Positions 50,272 to 64,000 of a stretch of DNA of 64,000 bases are shown in pieces. Position 1 is the first letter of the stretch; every line of letters begins with the position of its first letter. The stretch comes from Basidiobolus meristosporus CBS 931.73. Lineage: Eukaryota; Fungi; Basidiobolomycota. The notes under the pieces were generated by a model that worked only from the letters and a program-made list of their open reading frames with translations, searched no databases and had not been told where the DNA came from. Position numbers and translations under genes: made by a program. The stretch spans positions 1-64,000 of the forward strand of contig MCFE01000316.1 in NCBI GenBank assembly GCA_002104905.1, given 5' to 3'.

Positions 50272-53200
50272 ATGACCAGTCTAAGGCGTGGCAAAACCCT
50301 TACTAGACCTGATCGAGTTCATGCTCCGGCACCTATGTTGAGAGGCCAGAATAGGCGTAAGACCTTAGACCCTTGGGTGCTGTTCTCCAAGTTGGTCACC
50401 TTCTGGGCGCCCGGGTTTATCCTATCGAAGATTGGAATGCCAGAGAAGGCCAGCCGTCAGGCGTGGAGAGAGAAGGTGGCTCTATGCTGGATAATTGCGT
50501 TGATCGGTGGAATGGTGGCATTTCTAACACTTGGGCTACCGTACGTGTTTTGCCCGCAAAGCGCAATGGCCAGCCTGGAGAACTTTGCCCAAATCAACAC
50601 CAATACCCCAGGTACTGTTCTTCCGAATTTTCCCTCAAGCCATTGAAATCATAACCATTCATTGTCTTTAGGGTTGGTTGGAATCAATGGCATGGTGTAT
50701 TCAGTAATGTCCGGAAAAAACAACCCAAGCTTCCCCTCGGGGCTAGACATCAGCAATCAATTCCAGCATGGCTCCAATGTTGATGCTTGTCGTAATCCAC
50801 TGATCAGTGGCTACCCGTCCGCTATGTATGGACCATGTGTCGCCAAAGGAGGAAATGAAGGCTGTCCGCTACCTCCGATTGAAGAGTCGGCCAGCAATTA
50901 TGGGCTGATCCCCACTGGCAGAAAATTGGGATACGACTGGGTCGACGTCCCAAACAACTTCTTCGTAATTGACGGGCATGTTCTGAACCTTACGCCGTAT
51001 CTCAAGGCTTTCCCTACTGCGAGCCCGGATGATGTCGTAGATCGAGCCATTAGAGAGGCCATTGACAACAGGATCATCGATGCCACAAGAATATTTCTTC
51101 GAAAGCCCGAACTGATCGCCTCGATTCCCTGTTTGGTTGGGAAGTATTTCGCCGGATATCTTAGCAAAGCTACGCCCGGTTGCTTCGGTGTGAAACTGTT
51201 CTTCGTCATCTCCATGGTGATCATCCTTGGGATTGTATTGACCCGCTTCTTCATGGCCGTCATATTCGATTGGTTCCTCTCTTTCAAGCTTGCTCGTCCC
51301 CCTCGACAACAGGCCAGACATATCATTGGATCGAAATCGGCACCGTGGGCGAATGCAGGCTATAATGCGGAAGTAAAGCAGATCCAACTCAATCCCAGCG
51401 ATCTATTTACCGTTCTTCTGGTAACCTGCTACTCCGAAGGGGAAAGCTCACTAAGATGCACTATTGAGAGCCTTGCGACTACAGACTACAGCGACGATCA
51501 CAAATTATTGTTCGTAATTGCCGATGGAATGATCACCGGAAGTGGCAATGACAGAAGCACACCGGACATTTGCGTAGATATGATCGAGCTGGATCCGCAG
51601 TTCGCTGATCCCCAACCACAAAGTTACATTGCGGTTGCGTCGGGAGCAAAACAGCACAATATGGCCAAGGTCTATGCTGGGCACTTCGTTCACGAAGGGC
51701 ATCGCGTCCCTACTGTTGTGGTCGTCAAGTGCGGGGCTCCTGAGGAGCAGACTAAACCTAAGGCGGGAAACCGCGGGAAACGAGACTCCCAATTGATCCT
51801 CATGAACTTCTTCAGTCGTGTCACCTTCAACGATCGTATGACTCCTCTAGACTACGATCTTTTTACTAAGATACACCACCTTACTGGAGTCACTCCGGAC
51901 TACTTCGAGATTGTGCTGATGGTAGATGCTGATACCAAAGTCTACCCTGATTCCTTGGGATTACTCACCAATTGCATGATAAACGATCCGATGATCATGG
52001 GGCTTTGCGGGGAGACTAAGATTGCCAACAAACGGGACTCGTGGGTAACCGCGATCCAAGTCTTTGAATACTACATCTCCCACCACCTGGGCAAGGGCTT
52101 TGAATCGGTATTTGGAGGTGTGACTTGTTTACCGGGCTGCTTTTGCATGTATCGGCTTAAGGCACGTAAAGGAGATAGCGATTGGGTTCCGATCATTACC
52201 AAACCAGAGATAGTACAGGAATATTCCCAAAATGATGTCGAAACACTGCACCAGAAGAACCTACTTCTACTTGGGGAGGATCGGTTCCTGACCACCCTGA
52301 TGTTAAGAAACTTCCCCAACCGAAAGATGATGTTCATGCCTCAAGCGATATGTAAAACCGTGGTTCCGGACGAATTCAACGTGCTGCTATCCCAACGTCG
52401 TCGTTGGATCAATTCCACCATTCATAATCTCATGGAGCTTGTGCTAGTCCGCAACCTGTGCGGTACATTTTGCTTCTCTATGCAATTCGTGGTGGTGATG
52501 GAGCTGATTGGCACAGTATCCTTGCCAGTAGCTATCATCATGACTTACGTATTGATATACTCCATTGCCACAACCACCTTTACTGATGCAGCTAGCTATT
52601 ATCCTTTGATCCTTTTGATTCTCATCCTTTTCCTGCCCGCAGTTCTGATCCTGCTTACCACCCGGAAATTAATCTATATCGCATGGATGTTGATTTACCT
52701 TGTGGCTTTGCCTGTTTGGAACTTCATCCTTCCAGTGTATGCGTACTGGCACTTTGACGATTTCTCGTGGGGCGAGACACGTAAAGTCGCGGGAGAGACG
52801 AAGGATGATGATCATGGGAAGAAGGATGGAGTGTTCGATTCAAGCAAGATAACCCTGCGTCGATGGGAAGACTATGAAAGACGTCGATTGCGCCAGGATA
52901 AAGTGGACGCACCAACTCATTGGAATTCTCCATTAACCGGTAATGCGGACAACTACCATCCTTACAACACTCACCGATCGCAGAGAGAGTTTGGAAACCA
53001 CCGCCCGGAGAAGAACCTTTTCTTTCAGCGGGATCATGCGCAGGAGCAAACTGCATCGTGGTATGTAGATGAAGATTGTATGACTTCCTACGGAGAGCAT
53101 ACGAGACATACCATGCACGACGAATTCGAACCTATTCCCCAACTTGATCATACAGCGCAAAGAGAGTTGAGCCGCCTCTATGGGCCTCACCTACATCAAC

Positions 53201-53304
53201 ACCAGCATATCTCGATGGCCAACCCCCCAAACCTTCAGCAATCACGTCCCCATGGCCCAAGACCGCAACCACCAAGAAAGAACCACGATTTCTCCCGTGA
53301 ATAG
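50272..53304 (+). CDS. Chitin synthase, class IV (Chs3-like, division 2), no myosin motor domain
   Basis: [51 protein letters not shown] and QRRRWINST. Intron 50612-50671. The start codon is uncertain because an upstream exon is possible. Confidence 0.93.
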
Positions 53305-53713
53305 ATACCCTGGATTCAATGTACTGCCCACACGATAGCCTTGTTTATCGACTGTTTTTATTCAAACTCCTCCATTTCCACCCTGGCCTGACCCAGCAGC
53401 AACCTGGCGAACTTTCCGTTTCTCATCGCTCATCTATCTAAGTAGCCCAATAAAACTCATCTCGAACTTCCCTCAAATAGTGTGTTGGGTTCGGCGACTT
53501 GAGGACTTGGAAGATCGAAACAACGAAAGATACCTCTAAACCATAACCACCCCTGCTGGGCTTTATTAAATTAGGAGCACCAGATATTATATCAAGTCAC
53601 GGACGAGGTGGAACGGGGTACTAATATGATATATAAACACGTGCAGATGCAACTTGTCAAAAAACAAACTTCAGTGAAGTGGGTTGGGGGATCTCTCCAG
53701 CTCGTGGATGCGA

Positions 53714-55507
<1,794 letters not shown>

Positions 55508-57691
55508 TTTAGAAGACTATCAGGATATACCACAAGTGAACTGAGGCGATTAAACATGGCCTCTGAAGGGGCTCGTGCTTATATAGTGGAGTCTTTCCAC
55601 TTGGAGTCTGTATTATTTCGAGAGGGCTACGATGCGACCAATAAACGTCATGATATCTCCATTGTACAACAGCCGTCACCACCAGTTCATCCTCTACGCC
55701 TATTTGCTCTTGGAGCTTCGTAAATGACCGATCCAATTAGGAAGGTTTCACTGAGTCCTACGTACACACATATTAATTATTACTTACAACATCACCGCCC
55801 AGAAAAGGATTTTCATATGAAAGCGAGGGGAGCTCTCAAAATAATCGAACCCGCTTCTGCTAAACATTCCAGAGAATGAACCTCGGAGTTATTCAGGGTG
55901 CCGCCAGACGACACTATTCGGATGCCACGAAGGTGGCTGTTGTTGCTCGCTGGGCCCTGTTCACCGACATCCCAACCCAACCGGTGTCTCCGCGAATAAG
56001 CTTATATTCAACACATGCAGTGTCCAACCAACTGGTTCAGTTTGCCCTGTTGGGCTTATCATTTCGATGCATTTCGTTCCATTGCTGCTCGCATATACCG
56101 GAACGATATTCCCGTAATACGCTAAATGGCCATTTCTATTTCTGGAAGGATTTCTCTCGCAAGCGGATTGCTCGCCCAACGGCTCGCGGACGAAGATACC
56201 TTGCCCTACCAGCCGCATATAGCCAGGTTGTACCTGGCGTCCGTCCGTGTAGGCGGAGTGCTTCTGCGCAGGAGTTGGTGTGAGGGTGGCTGGTGCTCCG
56301 AACAGGTTTGAGAGAAAGGCGACTTGGCTTCAGAGAGATGCATCCTGTGAAAGGGATGCGGTTCAAGAAATCTGATTGATTCCATCCAAGAAAGGGAGGA
56401 AAATTTGTCGTGGAAAATATGCACGAAAAATCCCATGACGGATTCGCCGCAGGAAGTGGATTGGCTTCCTTCCCTTTTCTATACGAAGCGATTGAACTCG
56501 TATTGGCACCGAATCACCACCTCGCTTTCCATATATATGGCCCATATTGCTGAATCAATCAACCCAGGTTGCCGTTATCACCAGGCTGATCGGGTTTCAC
56601 ACGCTCATCCCTAAGGTAACCCCGAGAATTCATATCCGTTTTGAGAAGGCGGCGCCTGGGGTTCTATATGGGCATGCTGAGGTAGCGCGCATTCGGTGAT
56701 TTCCTTCAATTTAATATCACCCATGGTTGACCAGGGCCAGTGGTATTTTTCCAAATTTCCCATCCGAAAAACCCGATTGTTTGAGTGTGATCAAGATTGG
56801 ATTCGAGCATGTGATGTTCAGCCACTCTGCAACTTCTTCAATATGTTCCTATTTGGATGATAACCATTGTGGGGTCGATGGCTGATTACCTCGGGTGGCA
56901 ACATTAGTCAGGAAATGCGGTGTTTAAATCGACCCGGCCATATGAGGAAAGCCAAGCGAGATAGCGAATGAATTCGTCGTAGAAGCAACTCCATCCATCC
57001 TGAAGCTGCACTTGCAGTTCCCGTGCTACTCTTTGACTGGAATCTTACCCCACTCTTTCGATTTCCATATTTATTGACGAGCATTAAGACGTGGTCAATG
57101 AATGAGGCCCAGATGGCTTCTCCAGTTTGAGATCAATCCGAGCAGTGTAACTTACGTCAATATTCCAAATGGAGAGCTGGTTCATGGTCAGATGAGAGCG
57201 TTAGCCAGGGAAAGCAGCTCGGCCATTGCAGCTGTGCACCACACACCCTGTGGGTGTCTCATGCAGCCAGACTGGTTCACCATTCGTCCAGCTGGAAATC
57301 GCAGAGCTTTGTTCCATTCAGCATGGCGACAACCAAATTACCACTTGAATTCCGTAAGTATGCAATGGCTCGCTGGAGTTCTATTTTGAGTCAGGCGATA
57401 TCCATAATTGACTTGATTAGCCAAATCTGTCCCTGTCTACGTTGTCAGCTTCTTCAAGGGTTAAAATCGAGCAGGCCTTCGAAAGCTGTGTACAAGCGTT
57501 CCTGCTTAATCGATAATATATCCATGTTGATGCTTTCCCACAGATAAGCAACGCTTTATTAACGCTTCAAAATTTCGGCATATTGATCAGATAAATGATT
57601 AAGAGTTATATTGAGCTATGGTGGATACTAAATTCGTGTGCTCTCAGAAATGCGTCTAGGGAGAATGCAGTAATTAAGGACGTATTCTGGA

Positions 57692-59191
57692 TTATAGATT
57701 ATAGTATATTTGCAAGAAATTGGCCTTCTTTTGCTTGAACGTGCCGTTGCCAATGCTTTCTCTGATCTGCTGGAAGAAACGCGAATAATGGTGGCAATTG
57801 TGGACCATCAGCAGAATAGATGCTAGCATCTCGTGGGTATTAATTAGATGATGGGTATAGCATCTGCTATGGTTTTGGCACGCAAAGCATCGGCAGCCCT
57901 CAAGAAGGGGCTGTTGATCGCTCTTGTTCTTGGGGTCGTTGAGATCGTAAGTAAGGTCCCCAGAACCAGCATCTTGATTGCCGAATTCGAATATTAGCGC
58001 AAGCCCTTTTTGAGTAGCATGATAAGGGAAGGAGGAATCAAACAGATCTATCCCCAAGGTGATTCCGGTCAAGATGTCATCTAACCAATTGTGTTAATTT
58101 AGTCACAATAATGCACCGCAAGTGGCACAGATACCTGGTGCACTAAAACCATAGCCAACTCTCGGCTTGTCTCTGGGTAGATGATCTAGGGAAATTTTAA
58201 GCAGCCTTTCTTTCTCCTCATTAGACACATCGAAGCTACGGGCTTCAAGGATATAGCCTAGGAACACAAATCTCAGTTATCGTATTCCTTGAGCGGTTCA
58301 CCATTCAACCAATACCATCGACATCTCTTTTCACCACCTCCTCAGCACACCTCTGACGCTCACGGTCATACTGAGAACCGACCAATACTCCAAATAAATT
58401 GATGCTTTCCTAAGGGTTGAGCAGGGTTCATCATTAGCTTCGATTTGTCTGCAGTCTGCTTGAACATTCACCTGTTTCTGCGCTATAATCGCATCCAACC
58501 ACCGCAAGGACCGGTCTACAGATTTGCGCGCACGTTTGGCGGTAGGGTTTTTGTCGACGACTATATCTGCCAGAGCTGCTGCAATATCGGGTTTGTATGC
58601 ATTGATGGTTCTTAGGTAATCTTCTGGAGTGATCTAAGCACCTGCTGAGTAAAAATTCTTGGCGCATCGATGGATAGCCGTTTACCTTACGCATACCGCC
58701 GTAGGTTTTTACAGAAATGTATTTCTCTCCGTTGAAGGGAGTTTCCTCGAGTTCAGAAGGATCCAACATATCAACAAATATAAGATAATCCTATAAAGAC
58801 ATAAATATCTACTTTTGGTGGGATTCTAGGTACGAAAGCCTCAGATGCAGTTGTTACCTCTAGGTTCAAGTATTTATGAATCCCAGGCTCAAAGGTAGCA
58901 GAAAGAGGTGGAAATTCATCAAACCTATGCAACGGGAACTACCTTTAGCAATAAATCTAAGGAACTAAACCCAACCCAAGCTTACAATTGGCAAAGTGCA
59001 ACCTGAATCCCGCGAATAGGTACCGAGCGGACCACGTCTGGGGTCAAATGAGGAGTAGTGCCGCGGTGGCTGTACATAAGGCAATTGGGAGTGTCCACTT
59101 GCAAATCTGAAACAGCCCTCGAGGTGTTAATACTGAGGATACCTTGGCGGATTCTTTCCTCCTCCTTCTCTACTTCAAAATGGAGAGGCAT
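57692..59191 (-). CDS. QTRT2: Queuine tRNA-ribosyltransferase accessory subunit (QTRT2/QTRTD1-like)
   Basis: TPNCLMYS.RGTTPHLT, GIDLFDSSFP and the Zn site GCRCFACQNHSR.YTHHL..HEMLA.ILL.VHN. The DSGGFQ motif of catalytic TGT was not seen. Multi-exon, internal boundaries not fully resolved. Confidence 0.8.
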
Positions 59192-59493
59192 ATCTCGGCA
59201 ACACGATATCAAAATCTACACAAGAGAGAACTCCCAAATGCATAGGTCTCTGCCATCAACCACGGTCGTGGAGTGCCATCATGCCCCCAATCTCAGATAG
59301 CTTGAATATCAAAAAAAATCCGATATTTATCTCCCATAATTTCCAATAATATATTTCTTTATTTCGCATCAGGCTTATGCCACCTTCCATAGGCGCCAAG
59401 TCATTGACTCAATGTAATGTTGGGCGGTTGAGTCAGTAAAGCTTTACAAGATATAAACACCATTTACAGCGCGCTTCTTCGCAGCAGAAGATA

Positions 59494-61008
59494 CTAAGCT
59501 TGAATCACTCGCATATTGTTGGTGTTCCCTATACCCTCCTTGAAGCCCTGGATGACTATTACGGATTGTCCTTTTTGGACGAGGCCGAGCTTTAAACCCT
59601 GTTCGATGGCGAAGTCCACCCTGTTATCAACGTCCGATTGCCACTCTCTAGGGTCGGACTCCTTGACCTGGGGCTTGTCGTAGACAAATGGATAGCAACC
59701 AGAATGTAGATGTATTTGGCGCGCCACAGTTGGGCTTCGGGTGACAGTAATGATTGGACAAACCGGGCGATATTTGGAAATCAACCGAGCGGTGTTGCCG
59801 GTCTGTGTCAGCACAATGATGGCACCAGCGTCGGCTTCTAGCGAGGCATTGACAGCGGATGATGCAACTGTCTCGGTAGTATCAGTTGGTCGTGCAGTCA
59901 ATGCACGGAGCTCATTGAAGAGTGGTGGATAGCAAATAACCGATTCAGCTAGCTGGCATGCCTGGGCCATGGTAGTGACCGCCTCGATGGGATAATCGCC
60001 CTTGGCAGTCTCACCAGACAACATCACGCAGTCAGCACCATCCAGAACGGCATTAGCAACATCACTCACTTCGGCACGCGTGGGCCTTGGGTTATAGGTC
60101 ATCGACTCGAGCATCTGAGTAGCACATACCACTGGCTTCCCAGCAAGATTGCACTGCGCAATGATTGATTTTTGAGCGATGAACACTCGCTCACACGGAA
60201 TTTCAATACCCAAATCACCACGAGCGACCATCACACCATCGGTTACTTTCAAAATCTCAGCGAAATTATAAACCCCTTGGTAGTTCTCAATCTTCACGAT
60301 GATCTTGATGTGCTTCCCTTTCTCCCCTAGCACGGCCCTGATGTCTTGAACATCCTTGGCGGAACGAATGAAGGAGGCAAATATCATGTCGACGCCTTGC
60401 TCAACACCAAACTGTAGATCGGCTTTGTCCTTCTCGGAGAGTGCAGGTAGATCCACGTCGGTTTTCGGTAAATTAACGCCCTTTCGGCTACATATTTTCC
60501 CGTTGTTTAATGCTCTGACTTTGACATCATCGCTGCCAACTTCAAGCACTTCGAACGAAAGAATACCATCGTCAACATATATAATCTTGCCTTTTTCGAT
60601 CACTTTCGGTAGGTTCTTATAATCCACGTACATCCTTTCCCCGTTACACTTCTCCTTGAATTTATCGTCGGTAGTGATAAGCATTTCATGACCAGCGTTG
60701 ATCGGAGTCTCGACATCGTTCTCACATAGCCCAGTTCGGATTTCAGGCCCTTTTGTATCCAGAGCGATGCCGACTGGACTGCTTCCTTTGCTTGCACGAG
60801 CATTGGCAATAACTGACCCGTGATACTCATAGGAACCATGGGAGAAATTCATACGTACGATATTCATGCCAGCTTCCCGAAGCTTGTTCATCATCTCGAC
60901 GCTGTTGGTTTTCGGGCCAATCGTACAGATTATCGATGTCTTTCTTTTGGCTTTTGGCTGGACATCGATGTTTAGTCTGGATATCCAAGAAAGACGACTG
61001 CTCTCCAT
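59494..61008 (-). CDS. PYK1: Pyruvate kinase (504 aa, single exon)
   Basis: [91 protein letters not shown]. Confidence 0.98.
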   Translation of the reverse strand: MESSRLSWISRLNIDVQPKAKRKTSIICTIGPKTNSVEMMNKLREAGMNIVRMNFSHGSYEYHGSVIANARASKGSSPVGIALDTKGPEIRTGLCENDVETPINAGHEMLITTDDKFKEKCNGERMYVDYKNLPKVIEKGKIIYVDDGILSFEVLEVGSDDVKVRALNNGKICSRKGVNLPKTDVDLPALSEKDKADLQFGVEQGVDMIFASFIRSAKDVQDIRAVLGEKGKHIKIIVKIENYQGVYNFAEILKVTDGVMVARGDLGIEIPCERVFIAQKSIIAQCNLAGKPVVCATQMLESMTYNPRPTRAEVSDVANAVLDGADCVMLSGETAKGDYPIEAVTTMAQACQLAESVICYPPLFNELRALTARPTDTTETVASSAVNASLEADAGAIIVLTQTGNTARLISKYRPVCPIITVTRSPTVARQIHLHSGCYPFVYDKPQVKESDPREWQSDVDNRVDFAIEQGLKLGLVQKGQSVIVIQGFKEGIGNTNNMRVIQA

Positions 61009-61100
61009 TTGTCTGAAAATGTGCGTAAAAGGCTTTGGTAAAGAGGGTTCAAGAGGTAGAAAGGTGACGTTTGGATGATGAACCGGCCAACAAGGGTTTA

Positions 61101-61107
61101 TTTTATA
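61101..61107 (-). promoter_or_regulatory. Candidate TATA box of the pyruvate kinase gene
   Basis: TATAAAA on -, ~93 nt upstream of the ATG, followed by a CT-rich leader. Sequence motif only. Confidence 0.35.
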
Positions 61108-62966
61108 TCTTGAGCGGGTTTAGCGGGCTCAGCTTCATAAGGTCCCATGAAAGAGGCTACTTCGAGCCGTCCAATCGCCATCACCAAAGCTTGATCTTTG
61201 ACTATCATATTGCTTCCTACCTACAGGTCACGCTTCAAGCATTATGATTGTAGACAATCGGAACTCACATCAAGTACATCTGTCAAGGGATGGGGTATCC
61301 AATCACCAGCACTGACGTTATTGAAATTCTGAACCGTCACTTTATCCATGATTACGGATCCTTCGTAGTGGGCGAATTCGCGATTTGAACCACTCATAAC
61401 CATACGTAATCATAGAGTCAACCAATATCCCCGGGGTTCGTTTACCGAGCCTCCGCAAATGACCCAATGGATAGGATGGATGATCAACCTGGTAAAAACA
61501 TTGCTCTCCATAGGTGCGAGAGAAAACCGAAACATCGCCTTCAGCTGGTTAATAACCGATGACTCCTCGGTGCATCGATTAATCTATTGGCGGCGGTCAA
61601 TCATCACCGATTGATCAGCGGGGCTGATCACTTGACAATGCAGCGAATCACGGGAGAGTGTTCCGGTGGTAACCTAACTATAGGGAGCTTTCGTATTAAT
61701 AGAAATGATGGGGAATAGTCCGTTGGAATAATAGGACCACTCTAACATTCTATCTAGAAGTCAATTAAGTCTTGGATTATGCTGCATACAGCGCAGTTGT
61801 TTCACTATGCAATGCTCACGAGCATCCAAATCACCTATCAGTTAAATAACAAGCAGCAGAGGCATAAATTGTACAATGCTGGGAACACCATAAACGACAT
61901 TGCATATTATGTGGCTACTCGGGTTTGCAAGGCTCAAATACTCGATTATCTCATCTACATGGAAGATGCTCATGCGCTGAAGAACCAATCATCAATTGCC
62001 TCGCGACTCACGAGAGGTGGTACGCTATCACCCACGGCTCTCGTTACATCGTTCCAGATAGAGTTGGCTGGTGCAACCGGTAGTGGCCCCAGTAGACAAC
62101 AGCAACAGGGATTTTCGTCAATAATTCGTTGATGGTAGTCATACAACGTATTTTTCGAATCCTGTGAAGCTCACAATCACCATGTGCCACATCTCTGCTT
62201 CTGACAGATACGGGGCTGAGCTGAGCTGTGTATTAGCCACTTAACGCTCTTACTAAGTTCTCACCAGTTTGCTCGTGAGGAGTGTGGCTCACTCCTCAAT
62301 CCACATCACAATCCAAATACCGCTTACCGAGTTGGAATTCCAGACTCGGTGGAGGATTTTCGGGGATCGCCACTGACTCGGTGAGAAATCCAGAGCTAAT
62401 TGTCAATAGGAATCGCCCACCAGTTCACCACTTGATGTAAGTATTTAGTCCCAATCCCATGGCAACTTATTTGGCACCATCCACGATATCAATCATATTC
62501 TTCGACAAATCTGTCTAGAAAACAAAGCTTGACTAGACCGGGCGGAGGAATTAATTGATATCATATGAAATAGGCCAGGATCTAGTTTCTGATAGGTAAT
62601 GGCCGTTGATAGGGATTTTTAGTATCTGTGGTCACCGTTGCCTATCACTTGAAAAGCCTCCTTCGCTGATTATCCTTGCAATCTGTTTCAATGTATCACT
62701 GACCTAGACCTAGGATTACCATTTATTAAGGTGTACAATTGGAGTAAATGTGAGTATTAAGTGTATGCGTTGTATGATTGGTATTGCGTGGATTCAATGT
62801 GCCTATTTCAGAAATAGCTGGGATTGCACGGAGATGGCTACCACCAGATACAGGTTCTGTGGAAGTCAGGAAGCAGAAGGAGGGGTGCCTGGAAGGCCGT
62901 GGGGTGTGTGCATCGGTGAGGTTCATGGCTGGAGGGCGCATCCGACATGCTGGCTACAGTAAATGC

Positions 62967-63806
62967 TCAGTTCTCTGTAAAATACTCCTTCCCCTTCATT
63001 CTCATCCACTTGTTGGCCACCCCACCGAGCGAAAATGCCGGAAGGATGCGAATCATGCGGATGGCAGTGGACGGCCCGGTTTCTTTTCTTAAGAATGCAA
63101 TTCGCTGAGCCGAACTTGCCTCTGGCCTGTTGTATAGATCCAGGCCGGTTAGGTGGAGTGGGGTGGAAAGAAACTGAACCCCAACAGGAGTGATGAGTTG
63201 TGCAGCTATCTCACAGTTATCTCGTGACCAGCCTACATGCCCTTGAATCCACGGGGCCAACGCCGGTGGAAGGTTGAAAGAGGCGGCGATAGTCAAACAA
63301 TCACGCGCAATAAAACATCCGTAGGAAAGTGGGGGGAGCGGCCTGGGTTTGGCGCTGGATCCGAACCATTGCGCCAACAGCTTATCTCTCAGCAAACTTA
63401 GACCAATATTTGCAACGGAGGAAGTAACGAATTTCGGAAACTGCCATGGCTTATCATAATAGTTACAAACAGTTTCGGTCCAGTTGGCAATGGCATAGGT
63501 GCCCGAGTATACCGCAAACATGATCATGAACGTTGGCTGCTTGACGAATTTATGCGGGGCAGTAAACAAATCCTTAAGCCCCGCTCGTAGGCCGTCGCTA
63601 AGACTCTGACGACCGCTGGCGTTCGAAACGACCGACTTATCGATGATTGCAACCAACGGCGCAACGAAGGCCGAGGAAACCAGAGCGGATGATAGGTCGG
63701 TCAGTAGCAATCCCCGGTAATTGTACTTGGGCTCCTCGTTTTTTTGGATTGCCGTATTGGTTGACTGCTTTACCAGCGAGCTTGTCTGAAGAAGCTTGGA
63801 ATCCAT
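62967..63806 (-). CDS. Conserved multi-pass membrane protein, possibly distantly related to mitochondrial carrier/sideroflexin-type proteins (~279 aa)
   Basis: Intronless ORF with alternating hydrophobic segments (APLVAIIDKSVVSNASG, YSGTY..AN, RDCLTIAASFNLP, AAQLITP..QFLSTPLHL.GLDLYNRP, RILPAFSLGGV.N). Likely start MDSKLL at 63806. The family assignment is from recollection only. Confidence 0.65.
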   Translation of the reverse strand: MDSKLLQTSSLVKQSTNTAIQKNEEPKYNYRGLLLTDLSSALVSSAFVAPLVAIIDKSVVSNASGRQSLSDGLRAGLKDLFTAPHKFVKQPTFMIMFAVYSGTYAIANWTETVCNYYDKPWQFPKFVTSSVANIGLSLLRDKLLAQWFGSSAKPRPLPPLSYGCFIARDCLTIAASFNLPPALAPWIQGHVGWSRDNCEIAAQLITPVGVQFLSTPLHLTGLDLYNRPEASSAQRIAFLRKETGPSTAIRMIRILPAFSLGGVANKWMRMKGKEYFTEN

Positions 63807-64000
63807 ACCGAAAATGCCAATGAACGAGGTAAATGATATTAGGGATTGAGTGTGCTCGATATGCTTGAATGGAGAGTTTAAATGGAAAAGTAGTAGGGAA
63901 CAGATTATGACGCCGTGTTCGGTCATCTTCCTATTTATATATTTTTCTTGAGGTTGCACTTTAGTCACCGTTATCGAATTGGGCAACACCCATATTTGGA

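Noticed and set aside
61612-61630. Small palindrome TGATCAGC-GGG-GCTGATCA upstream of pyruvate kinase
   Set aside because: A single 8-bp stem is too short to distinguish from chance or an ordinary transcription-factor site.

Overview
Eukaryotic, intron-containing fungal DNA, most likely from an early-diverging lineage (inference: 50-65 nt introns, class IV chitin synthase, cob fragment using TGG for Trp). The window has two sharply separated compartments. (1) ~1-43,030 is a strongly CpG-depleted nest of decayed transposons. It holds at least six copies of a ~5.4-5.5 kb CACTA/EnSpm-type element with CCCTATGAAAA termini, a 3-bp TSD and two head-to-head genes (transposase plus an unknown ~600-aa ORF2). 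It also holds Ty3/Gypsy and Ty1/Copia fragments and solo LTRs, two young 733-734 bp foldback elements (346-347 bp arms, ATT TSD), a relic IS5/ISL2-like DDE transposase sharing their terminal repeat, and a mitochondrial cob fragment inside a Gypsy RNase H domain. (2) ~43,030-64,000 is a compact, CpG-normal gene island: a minimal ~560-aa XRN-family exoribonuclease, a J-domain protein, CCT3, class IV chitin synthase, glycerol kinase, the queuine tRNA-ribosyltransferase accessory subunit, pyruvate kinase and a membrane protein of uncertain family. All alignments were done by eye and no database searches were run.
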